In this document: positions 1 to 14,455 of the stretch, one piece after another
How the letters are laid out: each line of letters opens with the position of its first letter
Position numbering within the stretch: position 1 is the first letter of the stretch
Source: Eledone cirrhosa
Lineage: Eukaryota
DNA length: 64,000 nucleotides
Direction: 5' to 3'
Assembly: GCA_964016885.1 (NCBI GenBank)
Contig: OZ024741.1
Span: 273,916,001-273,980,000 of the forward strand
Program-made: the position numbers and the translations under genes
The notes under the pieces: generated by a model
What the model was told of the DNA's origin: nothing
The model's database searches: none
Seen by the model: only the letters and a program-made list of their open reading frames with translations

Positions 1-370
1 GACACTACGGCTTAGTACGGGATGTTTGTTTACAAACACACCGAGCATTTGGTGAATCCATACGTACATGTATATATATATATACATACTACTGTATGTC
101 TGTATACATATATGTATGTACGTATACATACTTATATATATGTGTATGTATATAAGAAATCGAAAATGCTACTGGAATCTTTTAAGAATATTTATTTACT
201 TTATATATATGATGCTGTGTTTCTTTAAATGTAAACAAAAAATTGCCCTGGTATATTATATTTTTGTATGTTTAAGGTAGTTTATATCGTAATTAATTCT
301 GGTGAGCACGTAAATTAAAATATGATATAGTTAGTTGTGTTTCGGTTACTTTTCAATGTATTATATCCCA

Positions 371-571
371 GGTTCAATCGGGGGTAACCACAATAAGTAA
401 GGTACTCAATACATAGCAGAGTATAAATATTTGATATATTTAATCTAGAAATAGCTTCTACAGGACTAGAACTGATCCATTCGGAAGAAATCACAAGGAA
501 AGCCAGCCCTTTTCTGATGATTTCTACCGAATGAAACAGTTCTAGTCCCGTAGAAGCCATTTCTAGATTAA

Positions 572-576
<5 letters not shown>
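371..576. mobile_element. Hairpin-plus-tail module, probable Penelope-like pseudo-LTR remnant with a degenerate hammerhead
   Basis: Imperfect palindrome 435-576 preceded by a ~65 bp unpaired tail and followed by (TA)n. Same family as 39497-39684. Contains CTGATGA (514-520)...GAAAC...GTA. Confidence 0.65.
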
Positions 577-657
<81 letters not shown>

Positions 658-1254
658 AAGTAAGGACTGCGGGACTGCGTACGGTTTATTTCTTTTAATC
701 CCGTTTGTAAAATAAGTTGGATTACTTTGAATAAATAATGAATGAATATAACATAATTTATGTACTAAATTTCGTAACTAAATTTCGTAAACATTAATAA
801 TTTCAAATTGACATCTTTTCAAAGTTTCATTCACATTTCTACACTTCCGGTATATCGTCGCCACCACCACCACTTCAACTACCATATATATAGAAAGAGA
901 GAGTGTGTGATGAGAGAAATAGAGAGATTATGATTTTTTACACACTGACGCGTATGAATGTGTAGATACATACATCTATATGTATGAGTATATAACTATA
1001 ATCGCGCAAACACAAACACGGATATAATTCACACAAATACACATGCTTTCACACAAACATACATACATTCACACATATACATTTACACAAACACATACAT
1101 ACAGTCATGATAGCAGCGTTCGGTGAATTGGAAATGGGAGGGTAAAACAAGTATAACGTTTTATTTATTCATTAACTCTTTATTTATTTATTAACTCTTT
1201 TTTTTTTAAACTCATTTAATATAATGGTTACAGAACGAAAACACTAACAAATAT

Positions 1255-1445
1255 AATTGTTTCTACTTTTGGCATAAGACCAGCAATTATCCCAGTGTAT
1301 TACTGGTACTTTATTTTATCGACCCCGTAAGGATGAAAGGCAAAGTTAACCTCGGTGGGATTTGAACTTAGATCGTAAAGGGCTGTATCTCTATGCTGCA
1401 AAGCATGGCATCCGACCCTCTACCGATACTGCCAATCCACCGCCC
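1255..1445 (-). mobile_element. tRNA-derived SINE, octopus-type family
   Basis: Minus strand has an A-box-like TGGCAGTATCGG and B-box-like AGTTCAAATCC, then a conserved body GCCTTTCATCCTTACGGGGTCGATAAAATAAAGTACCAG. More than 12 copies in the window. Confidence 0.85.
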
Positions 1446-1454
1446 CTTTTAATA

Positions 1455-1636
1455 ATTATTTCTACTTTTGGCACAAGGCCAGCAATTATTCCAGTGCATT
1501 ACTGGTACTTTATTTTATCGACCCCGTAAGGATGAAAGACAAAGTTAACCTCCACGGGATTTGAATTCAGACCGTAAAGGGACGTAACTGTGTTGGAAAG
1601 CATGGCGTCCGACCCTCTACCGATACTGCCAATTCA
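1455..1636 (-). mobile_element. tRNA-derived SINE, tandem second copy
   Basis: Near-copy of 1255-1445, immediately adjacent. Confidence 0.85.
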
Positions 1637-1789
1637 ATATAATATATACAAAGGAAAGGGAATGGAAAAAAAAGAAAGAGAAAAAATACACAAGCACATA
1701 ATACATCTTAGACCACATAGAACAAAATGCAGGCGAAAGAGTGGGAAAAGGAGCCGCTACTAGAGCAAAAGATAGCAATATAGCGAGGA

Positions 1790-2245
1790 GACTGGGAAAC
1801 CTCTCTAATAATGTTTGAGGCAGGCCAGCACGCTCGCAGCGTTACCTGGGGTGATGGCGACGCAGAGGTGCTGGAACAACCAAGTGCCCTCACAAGCATC
1901 ACCAGTTACCTCTGTTTGGCGAGCCGCCAGTAAAGATAAGAATTTCTCTGTCAGTAGCTCGACTCCTCCAAACATTCGAACGCCACAGGCTGGATAATGT
2001 AGTTAACTGACAAAACACGGTATTTTAGGATTTTGTTCCGTTCAGCTGCGGATGCTATAGCTCTCGTCCTTACCTCTGCATCCAGGATGTGGGAAGAAGC
2101 AAAAGAATCACTAACTGTGACATCCCAGGTAAGGCACCTGCCTCTTGACCAGCACAGAGTAAGACCGTCAAGTCTTTTCCCATTAATTCAGGACAACCCA
2201 GATGGTTCCAAAATTGAGGGGATGTTTGCCTGGGCCAAAGCTCTT
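1790..2245 (-). mobile_element. 3' fragment of a CRE-like non-LTR retrotransposon (restriction-like endonuclease region)
   Basis: Minus-strand translation across stops and frameshifts: LEPSGLS*INGKRLDGLTL.WSRGRCLTWDVTVSDSFA...AASAAERNKILKY...QPVAFE...WLFQHLCVAITPGNAASVL. This matches the RPDG/WDVT/GNA motifs of CRE-type RLE C-termini. Confidence 0.75.
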
Positions 2246-2449
2246 AAATGGTAATAGGACAGTGTATGTATGTGCGCGCGCGTGAGTTTGTCGGCATTAT
2301 TAAATTAGAGACATGTGTGTGTGTCACTGTTTTTAAGTTAGACATATATATGTGTTTATCCCTTTCCTTCCTTTTACACACATATACATTAACACAAACA
2401 CACATACACATTACGTGATGGACGGGTGGACAAAAGTCCCTCAAATTTA

Positions 2450-3090
2450 TATACATGTGAATGGAGTTCTACTGAAGCAGTTAGAGAAGTTCAAGTATCT
2501 TGGAGCCGTGTTCATGAGTGATGGAATGCAGGAGGCTGAATTAAATGCAAGAATTGCAAAAGCTGATGCAGTAATGCGCCAGCCTCAGCATTCAGCAATC
2601 AGATGTAAAAGCCAAACACGCTGTCTTCCTGGTATTCCTGCCAACTCTTACCGAGGATCATAAATCTTGAGTCATGACCAAAAGAATACAATTGCAAATA
2701 AAAGCGGCAGAAATGGGGTTCCTCCGAAGGGTCTTTGGGGTAACGTTACTCGATAAAGAGCGTAGCTCAGAGACCAGAGAGTCACTCTTGGTAGAGCCGC
2801 TACTTCTCCGAATTGAGAGATCACAACTCCGATATTACGAGCATGTGGTTAGAATGTCTCAGTAAAGAATCGCTGGACACATTTTACAGGCAAAACCGAC
2901 AACCGGCAAGAGACCCAGAGGTAGACCCTAAGCAAGGTAGTTGCATAACATACATGAGCTTGGCTGGTCATGCTTTGGGATCCACCTGGATCAGTTACAG
3001 AAGTTTGCTACTGACAGACTCGCTGGAAGGAGTATTTGAGAAGGACTTTGCCCCCACGACCCTCTCAGAAATAAGTGGGTGAAGAAGATA
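2450..3090 (+). mobile_element. 3' fragment of an RTE-clade LINE (RT C-terminus)
   Basis: FKYLG, ELNARIAKA, AAEMGFLRRVFGVTLLDK, EPLLLRIERSQLR and RPRGRP motifs, frameshifted, ending in a short GAA tail. Confidence 0.9.
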
Positions 3091-3294
3091 TTGTCAATTT
3101 ACTTTTCAATTTACATATATCTATATGCATATATATTTGCGTATAATACCAATATGCAGACTACATATGCTAGCAGAAAACCACCTTCCGGGCGGTTTTT
3201 CTGCTAGTGTATATAAAAGGTAAACAGAAATAACAACACAATCGGTACAGTATATGGAAGGGATATATTACGTTAACGCTTGATATATATATAT

Positions 3295-3701
3295 AATTGT
3301 TTCTACTTTAGGCACAAGGCCAGTAATTACCCAGTACATTACTGGTACTTTATTTTATCGACCCCGTAAGGATGAAAGGCAAAGTTAACCTCGGCGGGAT
3401 TTGAACTCAAACTGTAAAGGGGCGTAACTATGCTAGAAAGCATGGCGTCCAACCCTCTACTGATACTGCCAATCCACCGCCCTTATTATATATATATATA
3501 TATATATATATAATTGTTTCTATTTTAGGTACAAGGCCAGCAATTATCCAGTACATTACTGGTACTTTATTTTATCGACCCCGTAAGGATGAAAGGCAAA
3601 GTTAACCTCGGCGGGATTTGAACTCAGATCGTAAAGGGACGTAACTCGATGCTTCAAAGCATGGTGTCCGACTCTCTACCGATACTGCCAATCCACCGCC
3701 C
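3295..3701 (-). mobile_element. Two tandem tRNA-derived SINE copies (3295-3482, 3512-3701)
   Basis: Same head and body as 1255-1445, separated by (TA)n. Confidence 0.85.
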
Positions 3702-4067
3702 TATATATAATAAGGAGTTGACGGACCCAGCATATTTATCAATGCCAGGTCCAGTTGTATCTCAGCGTACTCAATAGGTAATGTAGGATACATTCCCAGA
3801 GTATACACATAGTTATTCGCTTCAATACAACACACGTTGTAGGCTGACTATGAAGGATTGATGCTAGACCTCTGAAATCTTGCATGCACATGCATTAATT
3901 TCAACTCATCTTATTAATATCTGCATTGTTTCTTTCCAGGGACTATGTTGAAAAATAAACCTCATTTGGTCATTCCATGAGAGTATCTTGGTCAGACTAT
4001 GAACTTTTCAGCCGACTCTTTGATATTATATGCATTCATATGCACCTCTCTTATGAACCACACTATG

Positions 4068-4176
<109 letters not shown>

Positions 4177-5644
4177 TATGTATACGTACATACATATATG
4201 TATACAGACGTACAGCAGTATGTATATATATATATATACATACAAGCACACATATATATATGTACGTATGGATTCACCGAACATTTATTATAATGCTCGG
4301 TGTGTGTTTGTATGGAAGTGTATGTGTGTGTTTGTATGGAAGTGTATGTGTGTGTTTGTATATAAGTGTATGTGTGTGTTTGTATATAAGTGTATGTGTG
4401 TGCGTTTGTATGTAAGTGTATGTGTGTGAGTGTGTGTGTGTTTGTATATAAGTGTATGTGTGTGTATTGTAAAGTTAATCTAAAAATTGATGTACGATAA
4501 GAAAGAAATTGCAATAGGAATGGCTACACAAAGGAGAAAGTGTTCTGGAGGAAGGGTAAGAGTTGGAATAATAGGGGAGAAGGAGTGGAGTGTGGATGAA
4601 GTATGGGTGGAGTGTGGGCGGAATGTGAGTGGAGTGTGAGTAGAAGGAATTGGGGAGATAGCGAGATAAACGAGAAGAAAGGTGGTAGAGAAAACAATTG
4701 GGAAAAGATAGATAGGAACCCATCGAAAGAGAGTAGAGTAAATAAAAAATAAAATGAGAAATTGGAAGAAAGCAGACGAGAAAATGGTGGCGTTAAAGAT
4801 TAATTCAATAAGAGTCATACGTACAAGATGGACGGCTGGTGGGCTGACGAGAAAGACAGGATAGAGTAGAAGAAGAAGATATACAACAACTACAACATCA
4901 AGTATGAATAACAAGATTAAAGAGTTTTTCAATAAGGTGATACATGATGGCGAATTTTAAAAGTTATTTCAACTATCTCAAAACAAAGGAAAAAATATCT
5001 GAATAAATATAAAATGAAATAAGTTTGGAGAGAAAAAAAAAACACATATATATATAAAGAAATGTAACGGAATAATTTTCTACGAGAGAAGATGGGGAGA
5101 TGAAAGATTAAAAATAACAGTGACAATGACTTTATATCAATAACAACAACGATGATGATGGCGATGATGTTGTAAATAATAATAATAATAATAGTAATAA
5201 TAGTAATAATATTAATAATAGTATCAATAATAATAATGGTGATGATGATAAAATGATAAAAATAATAGTAATGATAATTGATGTTGTGTCAAAAGAGTGC
5301 AATAGGAATTTGGTAAATTCTGCGGAAAGAGTGATTTGCTCAAAGAAAACTTGATTGAGAAAGTTTGGATAGTAAGAAGGAAGGTCTCGGCTTGAACCTT
5401 GCCATTTCACCTCATCCGAGATCACGCATTTGCGAGATTTGGCAGACACATTTTGATGAGGTCACATGAGTTATACGTGATCTTGTCTAGCCAGGCTTAC
5501 AGCAGTATATTACAATATACAACATGAACGAAGGGCGCTAAACAGAATATATCTATATCTCTCTCTTCCCCTCTCTCCTCACCTCTCTCTTCTCCCTTCC
5601 CCTTCGGGTCCTTTCCCTCACTCTCTGCACATATATATGTATAT

Positions 5645-5701
<57 letters not shown>

Positions 5702-6054
5702 GAGAGAGAGGGTTATTGATGGATTAATACTGTAAAACCATTTGGAAAAGCTACGCCGCATCCAAGATATGCTATGCTCAACTGCAAAGTTCGTATATTA
5801 TATACACTGATCACAAATATGGATTAATAATACTGCTACAGAAATAATCTTCATATATAAAGGAACTATGGTGGATGTTTCGTGATGAGTTAACCCTTTT
5901 GATGTGAAACTGCCTGAAACCACGCATGATTCGATGATATAACACTGCTTGCTTAAAATTATTCATATTTAAATACAAAACTTCTTTCATAATGTTATGT
6001 AAGAAAATTTTACGTTATGCTTCAAATACCAGCTAAATAATGGTTTGTGATTGA

Positions 6055-6810
6055 AGCACAAGGTCAACAATTTTGGGAAGAAGAAAGTCGATTAAATCGA
6101 CCCTGTGCGTTACTTGTGTTTTATTTTATCGGCCCCGTAAAGATAAAAGGCAAAGCTAACCTCGGCGGGAAATTAGAATATAAAAGTTCGTAACTCTATG
6201 CCACGAAGTATGATGTCCGACGCATAAATTATTATTACTGGGAGTGGGGAAACTCAATTAAATCGACCCTAGTGTGTTACTGGTACTTTTTTTTTATCTA
6301 CCGTGTAAGGATGACCGGCAAAGTTAACCTTGATGTGATTTCAACTCTGAATGTAGAGGGTCGTAACTCTATGCCAAAAAGCATGCTGTCCGACGCTCTA
6401 CCGATGCTGCCAATCCACCACCCTCACATCAGTTAAATAATTGTTTCTACTTTTGGCACAAGGGTATTACTGGTACTTTATTTTATCGACCCCATAAAGA
6501 TGAAAGGCAATGATTTAGGTACAAGGCCAACAATTTTGGGGGAGGGCTAAATCGATTAAATGGACCCCAGTGTGTTACTGGTACTTCATTTTATCAACCC
6601 TGTAATGATGTAAGGCATCAGTTAAATAATTGTTTCTACTTTAGGCACAAGGCCAGCAATCACCCAGTACATTACTGGTATTTTATTTTATCGACCCCGT
6701 AAGGATGAAAGGCAAAGTTAACCTCGGCGGGATTTGAACTCAGTCCGTAAAGGGACGTAACTATGCTGCAAAGCATGGCGTTATACCCTCTACTGATACT
6801 GCCAAACCAC
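6055..6810 (-). mobile_element. Cluster of about five full or partial SINE copies
   Basis: Repeated TTATTTTATCGACCCCGTAAGGATGAAAGGCAAAGTTAACCTCGG body. Confidence 0.8.
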
Positions 6811-6881
6811 ATGAAAAAGTTACTTATATTATCATATCCTAAGGAATTCTCGATTATTTTCAAAACTGTTTGGAAATCATT

Positions 6882-8373
6882 AGCTGTCTTTCATGCGGTA
6901 TATGGTAACGAAAGAGTAGGTGGCTGGGTAAGTGAGAGCTGTGTCTTTCATGAGAGATATGGTAACGAAAGGGTAGCTGGCTTGGTAAGTGAGAGCTGTG
7001 TCTTTCATGAGAGATATGGTAACGAAAGGGTAAATGGCTTGGTAAGTGGTAGCTGTGTCTTTTATGAGAGATATGGTAACGAAAGGGTAGCTGGCTTGGT
7101 AAGTGATCGCTGAGTCTTTCATGAGAGATATGGTAACGAAATGGTAGCTGGCTTAGTAAGTGATAGCTGTGTCTTTCATGAGATATGGTAACGAATGGGT
7201 AGATGGCTTGGTAAGTGATAGCTGTGTCTTTTATGAGAGATATGGTAACGAAAGAGTAGCTGGCTTAGTAAGTGATAGCTGTGTCTTTCATGAGAGATAT
7301 GGTAACGAAAGCGTAGATGGCTTAGTAAGTGATAGCTGTGTCTTTTATGAGAGATATGGTAACGAATGGGTAGATGGCTTGATAAGTGATAGGTGAGTCT
7401 TTCATGAGATATGGTAACGAATGGGTAGATGGCTTGGTAAGTGATAGCTGTGTCTTTTATGAGAGATATGGTAACGAAATGGTAGCTGGCTTAGTAAGTG
7501 ATAGCTGTGTCTTTCATGAGATATGGTAACGAATGGGTAGATGGCTTGGTAAGTGATAGCCGAGTCTTTCATGAGATATGGTAACGAAAGGGTAGTTGGC
7601 TTGGTAAGTGATAGCCGAGTCTTTCATGAGATATGGTAACGAAAGGGTAGCTGGCTTGGTAAGTGATAGCCGAGTCTTTCATGAGATATGGTAACGAAAG
7701 GGTAGATGGCTTGGTAAGTGATAGCTGTGTCTTTCATGAGAGATATGGTAACGAAAGGATAGCTGGCTTGGTAAGTGATAGGTGAGTCTTTCATGAGAGA
7801 TATGGTAACGAAAGGGTAGCTGGCTTGGTAAGTGATAGCTGAGTCTTTCATGAGAGATATGGTAACGAAAGGGTAGCTGGCTTGGTAAGTGATAGGTGAG
7901 TCTTTCATGAGAGATATGGTAACGAAAGTGTAGCTGGCTTGGTAAGTGATAGCTGAGTCTTTCATGAGAGATATGGTAACGAAAGGGTAGCTGGCTTGGT
8001 AAGTGATAGCCGAGTCTTTCATGAGATATGGTAACGAAAGGGTAGCTGGCTTGGTAAGTGATAGCCGAGTCTTTCATGAGATATGGTAACGAATGGGTAG
8101 ATGGCTTGGTAAGTGATAGCTGTGTCTTTTATGAGAGATATGGTAACGAAAGAGTAGGTGGCTGGGTAAGTGAGAGCTGTGTCTTTCATGAGAGATATGG
8201 TAACGAAAGGGTAGATGGCTTGCTGATAGCTGTGTCTTTCATGAGGTAGCTGGCTTGGTAAGTGATAGCTGAGTCTTTCATGAGAGATATGGTAACGAAA
8301 GGGTAGATGGCTTGGTAAGTGATAGCTGTGTCTTTCATGAGAGATATGGTAACGAAAGGGTAGCTGGCTTGGT
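6882..8373. repeat. Minisatellite, 55-57 bp unit, about 26 copies
   Basis: Unit approx. AGCTGTGTCTTTCATGAGAGATATGGTAACGAAAGGGTAGCTGGCTTGGTAAGTGAT with no unique spacers. Confidence 0.95.
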
Positions 8374-8609
8374 GATAACTGAAATAAAGATTTCCCAGTG
8401 TATACAGCTCTGTTTCACACTTCATTCATCAGATTACTCGTATGCAACAGATTTGTTAAATATGATAATAGATCCTGCGTCTGTTTCGAAGATGAGCATT
8501 CAGTTGTTCTATCAATTGAACCTGCGACTCATGAATTAACGTGTATGTGGTTGAGTATTCCAAAGGACACGTGAATCTTTAACGTAATTCTTAAGCAGAA
8601 TCAACGAAC

Positions 8610-8820
8610 AAATATTTAGCATGGCTGTACATTTAAATTATAAATGAATTCCATCCGACGGGCTTCTACATAGTCCCTGTCTACCAAGTTTCGTTCACAA
8701 CAAACTTGAGTAGATCCGAGGCTATTATAAAGACACTCGCCCAGCATACCAAGTATTGGAAGACCAAACCCGAAACCTCATGATTGTAAAGCGAACATTC
8801 ATAACCACTCAGCTATTTCT
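8610..8820 (-). mobile_element. Diverged tRNA-derived SINE, second family
   Basis: Minus strand: TAGCTGAGTGGTTA (A box)...GGTTTCGGGTTTG...GGCGAGTGTCTT...TTGGTAGACAGGGAC...GAAGCCCGTCG. Confidence 0.55.
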
Positions 8821-9075
8821 GGGTCCCGTTTAACATAATAACGTGAGCGACTGTATGTTTGAAGTAGAAATACAGTCTCTTAAGGACCAGTATATTTATC
8901 TAGCCGAATACCTTTCTATTTGTTAATTTTTTTAGGGATCAAAGCTACGTGACATATCGTATCCCGGAGGAAGAAGAATTGTTTTCTATTCAGTAAGGCA
9001 TGGCTGTGTGATTATTGTATTCTGTAACCAAGCAGTTCCTGGTACAATACCACTTCATACCACTTTTGCCAAATG

Positions 9076-9200
<125 letters not shown>

Positions 9201-9304
9201 AGGGACTATGTTGAAAAATAAACCTCATTTGGTCATTGCATGAGAGTATCCCGGTCAGCATATGAACTTTCAAGCCGAACCTTATATAGTGAAGCTATCT
9301 GAAC

Positions 9305-9525
9305 GCCACGTTACAATGTGACAGAGACCAGTAACAGTGAAGACTGTCGCCACGTTACAGTGTGACAGAGACCAGTAACAGTGGAAACCGTCGCTATGTT
9401 ACAATGTGACAGAGACCAGCAGTGAAAGCAGCCGCAACATTACAATGTGAAAGGGACCAGCAGTGAAGACAGCTGCTATGTCAATATGTGACAGAGACCA
9501 GTAACACCGAAGACAGATGTTACAA
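9305..9525. repeat. Minisatellite, ~41-44 bp unit, about 5 copies
   Basis: GTTACAATGTGACAGAGACCAGTAACAGTGAAGAC repeated. Confidence 0.9.
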
Positions 9526-9639
9526 TGGTCGACAATTATCGACTGATTTGGACTGATTCAAGTACTGAGTCCCGCTCACACCAGATTTTATTACTCGTTC
9601 CTTCTCTCTACGATATACAACATAGGGCGGAGGTTAAGT

Positions 9640-10066
9640 GGGTAGATGGCCAGGAATATCACAGTTCTATGATCTCCAGACCATATAAGACGGAGGTTAC
9701 TGTGGGGAGATCTGCCAGGAATATCACAGTTCTATGATCTCCAGACCATATAAGACGGAGGTTACTGTGGGTAGATCTGCCAAGAATATCACAGTTCTAA
9801 AAACTCCAGACCACATAGGGGGTAACATAGGTAGGTAGATCTGCCAAGAATATCACAGTTCTAAAACCTCCAGACCACGTAGGGGGTAACATAGGTAGGT
9901 AGATCTGCCAAGAATATCACAGTTCTAAAACCTCCAGACCACGTAAGGGGTAACATAGATAGGTAGATCTGCCAAGAATATCACAGTTCTAAAAACTCCA
10001 GACCACGTAGGGGATAACATAGGTAGGTAGATCTGCCAAGAATATCACAGTTCTGAAAACTCCAGA
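9640..10066. repeat. Minisatellite, ~62-66 bp unit, about 7 copies
   Basis: GATCTGCCAAGAATATCACAGTTCT...CTCCAGACCA repeated. Confidence 0.9.
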
Positions 10067-10262
10067 GCACGCTATTTGTGAAATGGTATAGGACTGGAGT
10101 AGTTGCGTAGTGGTGTTGTAGAAGGTATGAACTGATGTGGTGGTGTTTTGTGGTTTGAGAAAGAGCCGTGTAGTTGTGTAGTGTGGTGATGTGGCGGTGT
10201 AATGGTAGGGTGTGGTGTGATTTAATGGAGTGGTGATGTGGTGTAGTGTAGTTTAGTAAAAT

Positions 10263-10370
10263 AATTGTTTTTACTTTAGGCACAAGGCCAGCAATTACCC
10301 AGTACATTACTGGTACTTTATTTTATCGACCCCGTAAGGATGAAAGGCAAAGTTAACCTAGACGGGATTG
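10263..10370 (-). mobile_element. Partial SINE
   Basis: 3' half of the common SINE. Confidence 0.8.
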
Positions 10371-10905
10371 TGTTGTTGTGTGGCTGTGTAGTGGTGTAGT
10401 GGCGTGGTGGTGTGGAGACGTGGTTGTGTGGCTGTGTGGTGGTGTAGTGGTGTAGTGGTATGGAGACGTGGTTGTGTCGTTGTATGGCTGTGTGGTGGTG
10501 TAGTGGCGTGGTGGTGTGGAGACGTGGTTGTGTGGCTGTGTGGTGGTGTAGTGGTGTGGTGGTGTGGAGACGTGGTTGTGTCGTTGTGTGGTTGTCTGGT
10601 GGTGTGGTGGTGTGGAGACGTGGTTGTGTCGTTGTGTGGTGGTGTAGTGGTGTGGTGGTGTGGAGACGTGGTTGTGTCGTTGTGTGGCTGTGTGATGGTG
10701 TAGTGGCGTGGTGGTGTGGAGACGTGGTTGTGTGGCTGTGTGGTGGTGTAGTGGTGCAGTGGTGTGGCTGTGTGGTGGTGTAGTGGTGCAGTGGTGTGGC
10801 TGTGTGGTGGTGTGGTGGTGCAGTGGTGTGGCTGTGTGGTGGTGTAGTGGTGTGCTGGTGTAGAGAAGTGGTTGTGTTGTTGTGTGGCTGTATAGTGGTG
10901 GTGTG
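10371..10905. repeat. GT-rich minisatellite
   Basis: GTGGTGGTGTGGAGACGTGGTTGTG units. Confidence 0.85.
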
Positions 10906-11273
10906 TTCGAATTAATGGAGATGAAGTTGATAGAGGTGTATAGGAGGTGTACTGTGCGGCGGGGGTGTCAGTAAGATAATGGCAGCTGGCGGCATGTAGT
11001 AGGGATGTACATGAAGTACGGGGTATGTGTGGCGTTTGGTGGAAGTACGGAAGGAAGTGAAGTGGAATGGAGTAGAGGGGTGTTCGGGTGAGGTGGTGGT
11101 GTGGTGTTGTCTAATTAGGAAATAGAATCTGGAATTCCTTAGACCACCGAACAATGTAGAAATACAATTAGGCTAAGTGGGTTGTATACACAGAGAACTC
11201 ATATATACAACACATATGTACAGTGTATGTATATACATATATGTATATATATATATATGTATGTATGTATATA

Positions 11274-11360
<87 letters not shown>

Positions 11361-11896
11361 GTATATATATATGTATGTATGTATATATATATATGTATAT
11401 ATGTATGTATATATATATATGTATATATATATATATGTATGTATGTATATATATATATATATACGTATATATATGTATATATATACGTATATATATATAT
11501 ATATATATATATACGTATATATATGTATATATATACGTATATATATATATATATGTATGTATATATATATGTATATATATATATATGTATGTATGTATAT
11601 ATATATATATACATACATATATATATACATACATATATATATACATACATATATATATATACATATATATATATGTATGTATGTATGTATTTATATATAT
11701 ATACACGCAAATATATTATATGAGAGTGTTAGAGTGTGTGGATGTGTGTGTACGTGGCTGCATAATATACATACATAAATACACACACACATATATATAT
11801 ATATATATTTGTTTATATATATATATATATGTATATATACACATACGCGTTCATGCAGACGTACACACCCATACATACATACATATTTATGTATAT

Positions 11897-11984
<88 letters not shown>

Positions 11985-12084
11985 AGGCATATGTGCAAAA
12001 ACATTTATTCATTCACGTATGTAAAAATGTACGTGTTTTTATATAAACTCAGGGATAGCGATAAAACGGAGCTGTTTCATTTAA

Positions 12085-12368
12085 ACTGTTTAAATCCCTC
12101 AACATACACTGCAGTGTTTAAATCCCTCAGCATACACTGTAGTATTTAAATCCTTCAACAAACACTGCAGTATTTAAATCCCTCAACATACACTGCAGTG
12201 TTTAAATCCTCCAACATACACTACAATGTTTAAATCCCTCAACATAAACTGCAGTGTTTAAATCCCCCAAAATACACTGTACTGTTTAAATCCATCAACA
12301 TACATTACAGTGTTTAAATCCCTCAACATACAATGTAGAATTTAAATCCCACCACATACACTGTAGTG
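12085..12368. repeat. Minisatellite, 28-29 bp unit, about 10 copies
   Basis: TGTTTAAATCCCTCAACATACACTGCAG repeated. Confidence 0.92.
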
Positions 12369-12519
12369 TGACACAGAATTTGGTTAATATAATTTTTCAA
12401 CGATGCAATAAACCTTGATTATAATAGATAAAATGGTTGCCACAATAAGTCAATAAGTGACCATCTTTAACAGCAGAAAGAAGTGCATTGATTATAAGAA
12501 AGTATTTGTTGTCGTTTTA

Positions 12520-12562
<43 letters not shown>

Positions 12563-12608
12563 GAAAGGTATAGAAAGTATTGTAGCAAGAGGCCAACAGT
12601 ATTCCATA

Positions 12609-12657
<49 letters not shown>

Positions 12658-12931
12658 GGGAGCCTCCTAAATGTCAAGTCGAGAGTAGCACATACGAGAC
12701 TGAGGTTAGATGGACATGCTGACCGACATCCAGAGTTGACACTGCACTCAGTGCTCCTGTAGGAGCCCCTGCATGGACACACTGGAAGAGGAAGACCAAG
12801 ATTCACATATGTTGATGCCCTAAGGACAGACACTGGTTTATTGGAGTCGCAGGACATGGCAGCGATGATGAGGGACAGAGACCGCTGGAGAGAGAGAACT
12901 CGTCCATGGATCTCTGGAATTAAACCCGCCA
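12658..12931 (+). mobile_element. RTE-like LINE 3' fragment inside (TA)n
   Basis: RLRLDGHADRHPELTLHSVLL*EPLHGHTGRGRPRFTYVDAL. Homologous to 53597-53835. Confidence 0.8.
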
Positions 12932-13261
12932 TATATATATGCGAGAAGGTGATGTAGTGTAGAAGATTTTAGAGTGCAGGCTTTATATTCCTGGATTCTG
13001 GAAATAAAACTTTTTTGGTGTCATGATGTATGTATATCACTAACACGCTATAACAGTCTGTCATTATATATATATATATATATATACATATGTATAAATA
13101 TATATATATATTCATATGAATATATATATATATATATATACATACATATAAATATATATATATGTATATATATATATATACTTATGTATATATATATATA
13201 TAATATGTATATATATACATATAATATGTATATATATACATATGTATATATATATATATAC

Positions 13262-13469
<208 letters not shown>

Positions 13470-13472
13470 TTA

Positions 13473-13527
<55 letters not shown>

Positions 13528-13528
13528 T

Positions 13529-13590
<62 letters not shown>

Positions 13591-13591
13591 A

Positions 13592-13646
<55 letters not shown>

Positions 13647-13649
13647 TAA

Positions 13650-13687
<38 letters not shown>

Positions 13688-13688
13688 T

Positions 13689-13776
<88 letters not shown>

Positions 13777-13784
13777 CTTATGTA

Positions 13785-13871
<87 letters not shown>

Positions 13872-13872
13872 T

Positions 13873-13943
<71 letters not shown>

Positions 13944-14058
13944 GTATATATATATATATATATCTTTGTGTATATAACTGAATCTGGATGTGTGTGAACT
14001 GTTGTCTCTTTCTCTCTCTATATATATATTTATAGGAGTGTTTTTGTCTGATAACATA

Positions 14059-14121
<63 letters not shown>

Positions 14122-14358
14122 ATACATATATATATACATATATACATATATACATATATATACATATATACATGTATCTATACATGTATACATGTATATA
14201 TATACATATATACATGTATATATACATATATACATGTATATATATACATATATACATGTATATATACATATATACATACATATATACATATATATACATA
14301 CAGATATACATACATATATACATATACATAAAATATATACATATACATACATATATAC

Positions 14359-14407
<49 letters not shown>

Positions 14408-14410
14408 CAT

Positions 14411-14455
<45 letters not shown>

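Noticed and set aside
3938-4018. 80-bp repeat shared with 9201-9280
   Set aside because: A real dispersed repeat, but too short to classify and without evident structure.
5300-5500. Possible host exon in unique sequence
   Set aside because: No recognisable protein motif or convincing splice-site pair.
5890-5960. piggyBac-like TTAACCC end
   Set aside because: No matching opposite TIR or TTAA duplication found.
6882-8373. CRISPR-like regular array (also 61248-62445)
   Set aside because: Whole units repeat with no unique spacers, there are no cas genes, and the context is eukaryotic.
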